From Bugula neritina (Eukaryota; Animalia; Bryozoa): a stretch of 64,000 bases of DNA. Below, one piece after another: positions 28,301-41,256 of the stretch. The notes under the pieces were generated by a model. It was not told the origin of the DNA and made no database searches. It saw nothing but the letters and a program-made list of their open reading frames with translations. The position numbers were made by a program, and so were the translations under genes. The stretch's first letter is position 1; each line of letters opens with the position of its first letter. The DNA is taken from positions 21,373,700 to 21,437,699 of the forward strand of contig OZ037768.1 of NCBI GenBank assembly GCA_964035545.1. The letters run 5' to 3'.

Positions 28301-31300
28301 AGAGTAAGGGACTGGTAGAGCAATGGCTAGTACAGGTAAGATATGTACAGGTGTAAATATACAATACTTTGTTTTACAGAAAGACTATAAAAAGCTATAG
28401 TGAAGCCAGATTAAATTTGATATCCAGATGTATCTTCTTAATGATGTTTTCATTCTGTTTGCTCTAGACATTCATGTAGATTACTTTAGTATTACTTTAT
28501 TAAGAATTTTTATATACTTTTAGATAATTAAGTAATACTCTATGAGTAAGTAATTAATTGCCTATAAGTATAGGAATTAACTGTAAACATATGTATTACC
28601 ATACTTGTTGTAGCCACCATGTGATTTATTCATTACAGGTGGAAAGAGTTATGAAACTCAGTCTAAGGGAAGTGACATCACAAGCAGTCGAGGCATATGT
28701 AAAGAATGTGAGGACAGAGTGGGTGCTCAACTGGCCGGGACAGGTGGTACTAGCCGCCAGTACTATACACTGGACTGGTGAAGTCACTGAGGCTATCAAC
28801 AAGTCGACTCTCGAGTCGTACTTGACGAGGAGTAACCAGGATATTGACAACACGGTGCGACTGGTCAGGGGGAAACTCAGCAAGATGGCGCGAACCACAC
28901 TCGGAGCTCTTATAGTCATAGATGTGCACGGTGAGAGGGAACAACTTTCTTTCTGTTTATCGCTTAACACGCAGTTCACATCTTTCATCGCCTTTGTCTT
29001 TTTGTTTCTGTTGAATTCCAAGTTCCACCTAACTTTTCCATCTCTCTCTGTTTCTGGCTGTTAATTATTGTTTTTATAGTGTTCTAGCTTGATGAGTTGC
29101 GTGTCAATTGTATTGTGTTACATCCATCTTGTAGATTGTTAGTAAGAAAGACTTAAATTTAATTATTTTATTATAAGTACTTTGATTGATTTAAAATACA
29201 TTCAGGTTTTTTTCCTTGCAATACTTTTTTTTGACAAATAGTTATTTTCAGCTTTTTTGTTGAATTTCTGACTGGTTGTTCGCTACAAAGACATTACTCT
29301 AAAATAAATAATAATCTGAATCGCTGATTTGTCAAGAGACATGATTTCGGTGTTGTAGCCCGAGATGTGGTGGACATGTTGCGAAAGGAGAAAGTCACGT
29401 CCCCTACTGACTTCTCCTGGATCAGTCAACTTCGCTACTATTGGGAGAGCAGAAGTGTGATGGTGAGAATGATCACCACTACGGTGCCCTATGGCTACGA
29501 ATATCTCGGCAACAGTGGGAGGCTCGTCATTACCCCCCTCACTGACAGATGCTACAGGACACTGATGGGTGCTCTGCTACTGAACTTAGGGGGCGCTCCT
29601 GAAGGCCCCGCTGGTACTGGTAAAACAGAAACTTGTAAAGATTTAGCTAAGGCTGTGGCCAAACAGGTGTGTTGCACTCTGACAGTTTCCTATTACTTGG
29701 CTATGTTTGAAAATATTTGAAAGACAAGAAATATATTTTGTGAATTTGTAACAAAATTTTGTAAAAATTGTCGATTAGTTATTAGTTACTATAAATTTTT
29801 TTATCCATCATCAATCTATTGCATTCCTGGTGCCCATTATATACAGTATATAAAGTATTTCAGTATTTCCAAATTTGTAACGTAAAAGCATATGCGCATT
29901 GTTTCACTTTAGTGCATGGTTTCACTTTAGTGTGTGGTTTCACTTTGTGTGTTGTTTCACTTTAGTGTGTGGTGTTCAACTGCTCAGACGGCCTGGATTA
30001 CAAAGCTATGGGGAAATTCTTCAAGGGACTGGCACAGGCTGGGGTGTGGGCCTGTTTTGATGAGTTCAACAGGATAGAGCTTGAGGTGCTGTCTGTAATC
30101 GCTCAACAGGTATTATCTACAGCTACTGTTTTGTATTACATCATCAACAGGTATTATCTGCAGCTACATTTCTATATTACACCATTAAATATTACAATTA
30201 CCTTATCATACAATATGTCAAAATTCTTGTGGCAATTCAGTATATGCAATTTTTGTATTGTCGCCATCTGTCCGGTTATATTGTGTGTGGTGTAAATGTT
30301 GTTAGGTGCCAGTATTATAAAAGTGAACTTTATTAAAACCGCAGGTTCAAAGTATACAGAGGGCTATAGCAGAGAAACGAGAGACTTTTGAGTTTGAAGG
30401 GACGGTATTGAGTCTTGACCCTTCATGCACTATTTTTATCACCATGAACCCTGGTTATGCTGGTAAGTATTTTGCGCTTCTAGCTTTGGTTAATTTGAAA
30501 TGTTTAATTTTTTTCAATGCTGTAGAAACTTGTCTGCCATATTAACACACAGTTTAAGACATTCAAACAGCCAAATGAAACTTGGTGTTATAATACTGTC
30601 AACACTGAAAGGCTTGTATGATGGTTAAATGCTGTCCAACTCTTAACCTTTTCGTGGATAAAAACTTTAGGATTATCTCATTCTGTATATATGCCACAAC
30701 TGTATATACTCTCTTGTAATGATTCTATAGTATCATTAATAGTTCTACAACACATTCATCAGACAACTTTTCTTGCACATCAAAGGATAACATGTTTATA
30801 TTATGCAGAATCTCAAACATGTTTATGATTTGGCAAGCAACATAATTTACAGTTTATGTACTCTTAAAATAAACTAATGGTGTTGTCACAAGTATTGGAA
30901 GTTTGAGATCTGGAAACATGTGTTGATGTCTCATTCTATGTATTTTTACAGAACTTTGGAGTTGTTGGCCTCTTTAACTTTGCAAACCACTTATAATGTT
31001 ATTATTATAAGCTGTAAAAGATGGATTATTCTCTTAACCTTCTTACCTTTAGCCTGAGGTCAATAAAGCATTTTATGCTAAATTTTACAGGAAGGGCTGA
31101 GCTGCCAGACAACCTGAAGGTGCTCTTCCGTACGGTGGCCATGATGGTGCCAGACTACGCCATGATTGGTGAGATCTCGCTCTACTCTATGGGATTCGTG
31201 GACGCCAGATCCTTAGCTATAAAGATAGTTGCTACGTACACTCTCTGCTCCGAGCAGGTGCGCATCTCCCAGCTTGTCTACAGCTTCTATCCTGCTGCAG

Positions 31301-34300
31301 TATAAGTTGAAAAGCTTTCATGTCTAGAAACTTTTCATATATAATGTTTTTACGCTGTTGAAATATTTTTTAAATTGTATTTTATTAATACTGGGATATA
31401 AGCAAATATTGATGCCATCTGCTAAACGAAAATCTTCGTGTTTCTGTTTTCTTCCGGGATCTAGATTTGTTTGGCACGGACTTTCATAATAAATTCCTTG
31501 TGTAACAATTTTTGCAAACTGATCATTCTTGTTTAAAAAGTTATTTGGTTTAGCTATTTTTTACAAGATATTGCTGTGGTAATACAGTGAGTAAGTTCTT
31601 TGCATAATATACTTGTTGAATTTAGTTTATGCACTCATACATTAAGTATAGTTTCAGAATAACTCTTAAAATAGATTCCTTTGTCACATTGCATTGCATA
31701 AATGGTTTTTATTTTTATACTCTTCTGTTGTAGTTATCTTCTCAGCACCATTATGATTACGGAATGCGTGCTGTGAAATCTGTACTCACAGCTGCAGGGA
31801 ACCTCAAGCTGAAATATCCTGACGAGCAAGAAGACAAGCTGCTACTCAAGTCGATTGTCGACGTGAATCTTCCCAAGGTCAGCCTGTGTGCTGTTATTTC
31901 ATCTGCATTCAAATAATCTCTTTAGTCATTTTATATGCTTTTTATATGAGTGCACAGAGCAGTTGTAGCGATGTAGTTTACAGCTCAATGCGTATTGTGT
32001 TTAAGTATGGAGAGCTCAATGCAGATCATGTTTGCTGACTAAATGCTTTGCTGACTTTGTATATATGATGAATGCTGTTGTAGTTTCTCTCTCCTGATAT
32101 ACCACTGTTTGAGGGAATCCTGTCAGATCTGTTTCCTGGGGTTGTGCAGCCTAAACCCGACTACCACTCGCTGGAAGAAGCTTTGTGTAAGTGTCTGGAG
32201 AGGAATCGTCTCCAGAATGTACCTTGGTACATAGAGAAAATAATTCAGGTGTGTATACCTTGGTACATAGAGAAAATAATTCAGGTGTGTATATAGTATA
32301 CCCTAATACATAGAGAAGATAATTCAGGTGTGTATTTAGCCTAAGATTAGTTTTTTATTGTGTAACACTGCATTATTTGTGCCAAATGAACCACTCAAAA
32401 ATAACATATGATTTTTAATGTGATTTTTATTGGTCATTAGATGTCAAATTCAGAACAACTTCAATTACTGAGTAACGCCATTTCTACTTATTCTTGTATT
32501 ATTATGTGTATTGATAGCATTATATTTCTCAATGACCTCCAGATATACGACATGATTCTGGTACGACACGGTCTCATGATAGTCGGAGACCCTATTGGTG
32601 GGAAAACTCAGGCTTTCAAGGTTCTCTCTCAGTCTCTCGCACTCCTCGCCAAAGATGGAGTCATGGAGGAGAACGATGTGAGTCACTCTAGAGTCTAGTC
32701 ACTTCTGCTAATTTGGTTTCCATGGAAACACGATTCATTTCAATTCCCTGTTGATCTGATGTTATACGTTGCCTAACTTAATCAAATTTGTAAAAAGACG
32801 CCTATTACTATATTTATCACTAGAAAGCTGGAAATTTGTCTCATTGTGATATTTATAATTGACTCTATGTTGTTTAGAATAACTAGAACTAAAGTTTTCT
32901 GTTAGGTTACACAAGACCTTTATATCTCGCAATTTAATTTGATTGGCATTTAAATTTTAAATATGCTATGATTAAAAAATTTTAAATTCTTGAAATTTAT
33001 TGTTGTCATAAGAATATTGTCACGTACAGGTGAGATATTCTATCATCAATCCAAAGGCCATCACCATGGGACAGCTATATGGGAGGTTTGATCCCATTTC
33101 GCATGAATGGTCTGATGGTGTGTTGGCTAACACATTCAGAGAGCACGCTTCTGATAGGTCGGCTAGCAGGTATGTTGATGTAAACCGTATCCCGATTGGA
33201 TGTTTATCAGTACATCAACCACAAAATTTATATCATTGGTATTTATTTGATTTTCGACAGATAGACATGGTGATTATTATTTCATATATTATACACACTC
33301 ACAATTTTCTGTACATTAATTATATCGAGCTATGCTCTTTTATACAGGAAGTGGATTATATTTGACGGCCCGGTAGACGCCGTCTGGATCGAGAACATGA
33401 ACACGGTACTCGACGACAACAAGAAGTTGTGCCTCATGAGTGGAGAGATCATTCAGATGACGAACAAACAGAACATGATATTCGAACCTCAGGACCTCGA
33501 GCAAGCCTCTCCCGCTACTGTGTCAAGGTCAATTTTCAGATTTGATTTAAACTGTAATGTTTTTGAATAACTATTTAAATGATAACAATAATCGTTTTTG
33601 CTGATGGTAATGTGTCTAGTGGTAAGATCAGTTTCTCCAGAGTGTATTTAATGTATATAGTCAATACATAAATTTCAAGGTTTTTCAAAAAAGGGAATTC
33701 TATAAAGCTGAACCAGAAAGCAATGCTGCTTTGTCATTTCGGTTATTTTTTTTAGTTGACTGATATTTTTGCCAACGGTTTTATTCTTCGGTTCAATTCA
33801 TCTAACAATTTTATTACTATTACCTTTTGCTGTGGCAACTTTGCTGTGTAGATAAAGTGATACTTGTGGTTAATGGCTTGTAATTTCCCTTTCAGATGTG
33901 GTATGATATACATGGAGCCCCAACTTCTGGGTCCAGAGCCTCTCATCAAGTCCTGGAGAGACCACTGCGTGCCGGACATTCTCAATGAGCAGCAGAAAGA
34001 GACGATACGTCTGCTGTTTGAGTGGCTTCTGCCCCCTTCTCTCAGTTATGTGTCTAAGAACTGCAAGCACTTTGTCAGTTGTCACCCCATGCACCTGACT
34101 ATGAGCATGCTGAAGCTATACGGCTGTCTTCTGGAGGAGGTCAAGTGAGTCTGACCCTGCATACAGTGCTGCATTCAGCTTAACTGTACTGATATGTCAA
34201 CATACTTCATGATATTTGCTGCTATGAAATTTGAGTTACTGCAAAGTTTTGTAACTTCATTTCAAGAATATTTTTATGATTTAAACAATCTTGTTATAGA

Positions 34301-37300
34301 ATTGTCAATAATGCAGATTTGACGAGTCATGCCTCTTGAGCATCTACTCAAGTTTTTGGTCAACTGTTATACAGTTACTATGGTTACCAGTTAGTAGTGA
34401 TTTGGTGAATTGTTATATGGTTGCTATGGTAATCAGCTGGTTGTAATTTGGTAAACTGTTATACGGTTGCTATGGTAACCTAACCAGCTGGTTGTAATTT
34501 GGTAGACTGTTATACGGTTATTATGGTAACCAGCTAGTAGCGATTTGGTAGACTGTTATACGGTTGCTATGGTAACCAGCTGGCTGTGATTTACAGAGAG
34601 GTTGGTAAGGAGGACGAGGAAGATGACGAGGATTACGCTGACGATGTGGATGACGACAATCTGGACTCGGCTCCCCCTGTCAGCACTCCAGTGCCCGCCT
34701 CTACCTCCATGTCCGATCAAAAAATTATTGGTTAGTTTATTACAGAGTTTCTCCTATGACGTTGCAGCACATTTCAGTGAATGACGTTGGCGTTGGTTAG
34801 GAATTGTGGCTGTGACTAATTTACTTGGTGTGCTGATGTAAAGGTGATTGACTTTGTACATCTGCTCGTTTCTATTTTTATACTATGCGCTATTTATATC
34901 TACATGCGCTAACGACTACAAATAGTTGTAATTTTTTTAGTCATAGTCAAACTGTGAGTAGATATTAAAGCTTAAGTTTTGAAATAATATTAGCATTTAC
35001 ATATTAACTAAATTGCATCTAGCAATAGACAAACTTTAGATAATATATTGATAGGCTTTGCATATTTTAATTTTAGATGAGCGTACTAATATGGTGATAG
35101 CTCAGTTCATATTCTCACTGGTTTGGAGTGTGGGGGCTACGTTAGACGGCCCCTCCAGAATCAAGTTTGATGAGTTCTTTAGGAATTTGTGCGAGATGGA
35201 GGGCTCGCAAGCCTCCCACCCTCGGTATGTTTACTTATCTGACAGATTGTAGTCTAAACTTAGAGTTAAGATTTATTTTGACGTTTTGAATTCTATTTAT
35301 GGCAAATTACTGTTTAATTTTACTATTTAGCAATTATGAGTTTTTTAACAGCTGAATTTTTTATAACAATAAAATATTTAAGAGATTCAAAAGACTATAG
35401 TTGAGTAATAAAATACTTTGACCTGAAGCTAGAAAGCACCTAATATTGTGTTGTATGCACAGACCAGCTGAGCTGAAGTTTCCCAAAGGCTTGTTAATTC
35501 CGAAGAGAGGCCTTGTGTATGACCACGTGTTCCTGAGGAAGAACCTGGGGGGAATGTGGTGCACTTGGCAGAGCCTGGTCAAACCCATCAACATTTCTGA
35601 CCAAACTAAGGTATGGTGTCAGCTAATATGCCATGTGACATGAGCTAATGTGTCATGTGACATGAGCTAATGTGTCATGAGCTAACATGTCATGTGACTT
35701 GATATAGCAATTTAGTATGATGACATTGAAATTGTAGGGTATATTATGACCTGGTATTATATAATAACAGGATCATTTTACTTAATTTAGTACACACTGG
35801 ATATCTTCAGTTTTAGCTCTATTTTTCACAATTTAGCTGGTAATAGACATGGGCTTTTTGCCCGAAACTAGTAAAGCACCAAAAAATACACCTAAACAAT
35901 TAAGGTTCTTCTTAATTTTGCTTGATTTCCCATGTTTTTTCTTATATATTTAGCTTATTAGGAGTGCGGTCCGTTACGAAAAACCGCAACGGTTCGCAAC
36001 CAAAAGTATCTGAATAATTAGGAAAAACATGGGAAATGAAGCAAAATTAAAAAAGGCATTGATTATTTAGATGTATTTATTGATGTTTTACTAGTTTTGG
36101 CCAAAAACCCATGTCCATTAACAGTTATATTGTGAAAAATAGCTAAAAACTGAAGATATCCAGTGTGTACTAAATTAAGTAAAATGACTCAATATTTAAA
36201 CTGATTTGAACTTTGTGTAATATTGATGTAAAATTGTGTGGTTATAATATCAAATGATATGAAGTGATATTATATGATATTTTTGTGTCTGATATAATAC
36301 TGCATGTAGATATACTTGTACTTTTTAGTGGCCATAGATACTATATTAGCCCAGTTCCGCTATAGCAGGTTGTGGTATTCTATAAGCTCAGGCACTTCAA
36401 TAGTTTCATTATCTATATATAGTTAGCTTCTTTATTGTATTTTTAAAGTGGGCCCAGTGCTAACTAGCTTGGTGCACAAATCATGTAACAAAGCCTTAGT
36501 TACAATGAACTTCTCGCTAGGAAGATTACCACAGGCCGATTAAGATTATTCAGGAGGTTACTGGGCTATGCTACTCATGTCAATGTATAGTTTTAAGAAG
36601 TGGTGGATGACAGAAATTGAAATGATATATTAGTTAGATACAAAATGCAAAGGCTGGTTATATAAGTTTATTTTTGTGTCTATGTTTAATTTCAGCATTT
36701 ATATAAGCCTTCGGAGTTTAAGGTAATCTTTGCATGTAATTCTAGACTTTATTTTCTTTTTCATGTTTCTGATGTGTTCGTATTTTTTCGCTCTGACTGC
36801 TGATGAGAATATAAATGCAAATATTATATTACTCCATATATTCCAATTGTTTAAACAATACAAATAATAAATAAATACATGCAAATGTATATTTTTTATA
36901 AATTATAGAATGGTCTACATGGAGTAATATTGATTTGCATTAAATCAGTCTAGCTTGTTTCTCTAAATTAGTTTTTCTGTCCTTTCATAATTTAGAAAGC
37001 ATGTCGTAGATAAATGATAAATATTTCCCATTTCCTCATGTAAATTTTTTATTTCTTTCTATTTCAAACTGATGGTTATGGACATATTACAGTTGTATTC
37101 TCAGTTACAAAATAGTAATTTGTATAAAGTAATACAAAAAGTTGTTCATACAAATTAGATGTACGACTAGTAATGCGTAATTGAAGTGTTAACTGTTTTC
37201 TTAAATTATGTTGTCAGTTACTGATTTTAGCTTAATTTAATATATAAACGTCTATTTTTATACTTTTATACTTGTACTAAGAACTTTAAAGAACATGGTT

Positions 37301-40300
37301 AAAAGTATGCTCTCAGAAATTGATTTCAAATGCTGGTAGAATAGAAGGTACATATATTAGTTATACATCATATTGTGTAGCACATTATAGTTCATGTAAA
37401 CCGTTACATCCAGGTCAATGAGTTGATCATCAACACCGTCGAAACCGAAAAACAGATGTATTTCCTCAAGAAACTCCTCCTACTTGAACAACCTTTGCTG
37501 TTTGTTGGACCAACCGGCACCGGGAAGTCCGCCATTACCAACGCCTTTCTACTTCAGTTGCCTAAAGAGAAATACATCCCCAACAATGTCAGTTTCTCCG
37601 CTCAAACTTCAGCCAATCAAACGCAAGATATCATATTCTCAAAACTGGACAGGTACACACATTTTTTAGGCAAACTTATTAGGCATGTTTTAAGTATATG
37701 TGTGTGAGTGTGTCATTCTCAGCCTATTGACATTTATGTTGAAAATTGAAGTGTTGACCTCTTTAGTACCAAAACATTTCTCTTTTTAAAATTTTTGCTA
37801 ATCTCATTTGCTTAATTGTTAATTTTTTATATTTTGACCACACCTGCTTTTGGAAAACTTTACTAAGCTTTGTATTGCTCTTTGCGATCTACTCAGTTTT
37901 GATGGATCACGTGAAAGTATGCATGCTGTGTATATTACAGGCGAAGGCGCGGTGTGTATGGTCCACCTGTAGGTAAAAAGTTGGTAGTTTTTGTTGATGA
38001 CCTAAATATGCCTGCGAAAGAGAAGTATGGCGCTCAGCCTCCTATTGAGATACTGCGGCAGTGGATTGACCACCACTATTGGTTTGACAGGCAAGTTCAT
38101 TTGTCTGCTAGTATCACATGATCAGTCACTCTTTTTTCTACTGCAATTATTTGCTTTTAAATTAAAAAAGACAGACAACTAACTATTTTAACTTTCTGGT
38201 AAGCCCGTTGAAATGCATCTTATGAATTGTTGGGAAAGATATATAATATAATCTTTTATTGGATCAGTATGATAGATATCCTGTGGCTATACAGAATATT
38301 GTATTGAGTAAAGGCAAGTTTATGTTATGTATGTGTCAGTAATATGAGGTTGGTGGTACTCAGTCCAACTAGTGGTAATCAGTCCAACTAGTGGTACTAA
38401 GTCATAGTATTATTGAGTCATGTTTAATGATGAGTTCAACTAATAATACCGAGGCGTACTCAGAGTAACGAGCCATACTGGAGATAGTAAGTCATACTAG
38501 TAGTAATGAGCTAAGCTGAGTTGATATGTTCATAACTGTGCATTGCAGGAAGGATACCAGTGTTCTGGAGTTGGTAGACATTTTGATGGTGGCAGCGATG
38601 GGCCCACCAGGTGGAGGTAGAAACAGCATCACACCGAGATTCATGAGACATTTCAATATCATCTCCATCGACAGCTTTGATGAGGAGACTATGAGAAATA
38701 TATTCAACCCTATCTGTGACTGGCACTTCAATCAGGGGTTTGACGCTTCCCTCAAGAGATATTCCAGAGTAAATAATCATTCTCCGTGGTTTATCCATAA
38801 TTTTCATAATATTTTTGAACTGTGCAGGAATTTGGGTTAAATCGAGTCTTATTTTCAGAGACAAAACATCTGAATGAGTAAGCCTTGACTTTTAGAAAGT
38901 TTTTTTTTTTTCAAAATGCAAAGTCCAGAAGTTGCCAATGCATACAAACAGAAGCTCTGTTTCATGTGCAATGAATTCTTATAACTTAAATCCTTACCTC
39001 GAGTTCAGATTCTACCAGAGACATCAATGCAACATTTTACCAGTTTTTTCTCATTACAGATTTCCGTGTCTGCCACAATGGAAATATTCCAGAAGGCCAT
39101 CAGTAATTTCCTGCCCACTCCTTCCAAATCTCACTACCTTTTCAACCTTCGAGATTTCGCTAGAGTCGTGCAGGTATATATGTTATTGTAGCTTTAAAAC
39201 GCTTAAGCCTAGTGTATTGATATATCAACGTTGCTATACAATATATACAGTACGTACATACACGTACATACTACTATTATTATATGACTGTTCTCTCCAG
39301 GGCTTGCTGCTCATCAGACCAGATGTAGTTCCAGAAGGGACGGCAGGAAACCAGAAGATCACCCGGTTGTGGATACACGAGGTCTACAGAGTCTTCTACG
39401 ACCGTCTAGTAGACGATGCCGACAGGGAAAACTTCTTCCAAATATGTCAAGCTGTCGTCAGCACTCACTTCAAGGTGACATCATTGCTAGGAGGATAAAA
39501 TCCCATTTCTTATTAAATTTAAAATTTTAAGGAATATAGTATAAGATTATATTTTTTTTGCGTTTTTGTTCTGTCTTAGTAGACTAATAGTTTGGTGGTT
39601 TAATTGAAAAAGGGTGTACTCTATGCTAGCAGTTGATGCAGTATTATTCAATGGAAGAAAAACTTTTTTTAAAAGCGTGCAAAAATCTAAGAAAAGGAGT
39701 TTAAGGTCTCCCTATATATGAATGCGTATATAATGAGTGCACTGTTAGTTGTTAATGGACACAAATCTATGAATTTAGCATTTAAAATATCAGAAATCAG
39801 TACATCTCTTTAGTTTCTAGGTCTTAGCTCGTGTTTCTAGCTGTCATGTATTTGTAGGAGAAGTTTTCCAACCTATTCTCTCACCTGCTGTCTGAACCTG
39901 GTCAGCCAGTCACAGACGATCATCTCAGGAGTCTGATGTTTGGAGACTATCTTTCTGAAGAGGAAAGTAAGATGTACAATGAGGTAGAAAATCTACAGCA
40001 ACTGCAGGAGGTTAGTAGTAGTGTGATGCCACTGCTGTGATTGGTTAGTGAGTGTCAGCTGCTGTGATTGGCTAGTGATATTCAGCTGATTGACAATGAG
40101 ATTGAGCTGTCGTGATTGATCAATCAGTTTCAGCTGAGCTGTGATTGACTAGTGAGACACTTCAGGTGTTTTTATTGGCTAATGAGATTTTAGCTGAGTC
40201 ATACTTTATTTGGAATATTAAGGCATAATGTGTGATTATATATTTGTGTGTTGCTATTCAATGTTCTCAAGTGCGTCACGTACAGATGACTCATTGGATG

Positions 40301-41192
40301 GTGCAGACGGATCAGTTCTTTCTCTGCTCTACTTTCAGGTGATTGAAGCTTCACTGGAGGAATTCAATGCACTGAGTAAGACTCCGATGGACCTAGTGAT
40401 GTTCAGGTTCGCCATCGAGCACATTTCTCGCATCTGCCGTGTTCTGAAGCAGCCAAATGGTCACTGTCTGCTCATTGGTATTGGAGGTAGTGGACGGCAA
40501 AGCGCTACGAAACTTGCCACTTTTATGTCTGACTTTACTCTCTTCCAGATTGAGATCGCCAAGAACTATGGTAATCATTGTATTATTAGCTTACTTGAAG
40601 GTTGTAGACCTTGTGTAGTGTTTTGGTGTAGAGCAGCAATGGTGTAAAGTTTTCAGTAAACAGGATGGGACTTAGTACCACATATACTTTATTATCTCTT
40701 AGAAATATAACATTGTGGATAACAGCAGTGCGTTACCTTTGAGTTATTCGCAGGTATGAATGAGTGGAGAGAAGACATCAGGGCACTGATGAGAAAGGCC
40801 GGGGTAGACGGTGTAAACATGGTTTTCCTGTTTGGAGACCATCAGATCAAGGAAGAGGCTTTCCTAGAAGACGTCAACATGATCCTCAACTCGGGAGATA
40901 TACCCAACCTCTACGAGAATGAAGAGCGTTTGGAGATCATTGAGAAGATGCAGCAGCTGACTATGGCGGAGAACCCGCAAGCTGAGGCTACGCCACTCAG
41001 CATGTACAACAAGTTCATTGAGAGGGTCAGACGTTACCTTCACGTTGTGTTAGCCTTCAGTCCTATCGGTGATGCTTTCAGGAACAGGCTGAGGATGTTC
41101 CCCTCCCTTATCAACTGCTGCACAATTGACTGGTTCAAAGTAAGGCTTTCTATGATTTTATTCTGCTTGAGTATCTTTAATCAAATCCTACG

Positions 41193-41256
<64 letters not shown>

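Noticed and set aside
28626-29021. Antisense ORFs over dynein exons (also 32465, 33870, 38511, 42546)
   Set aside because: Shadow ORFs on the reverse strand of real exons; no independent splice structure.
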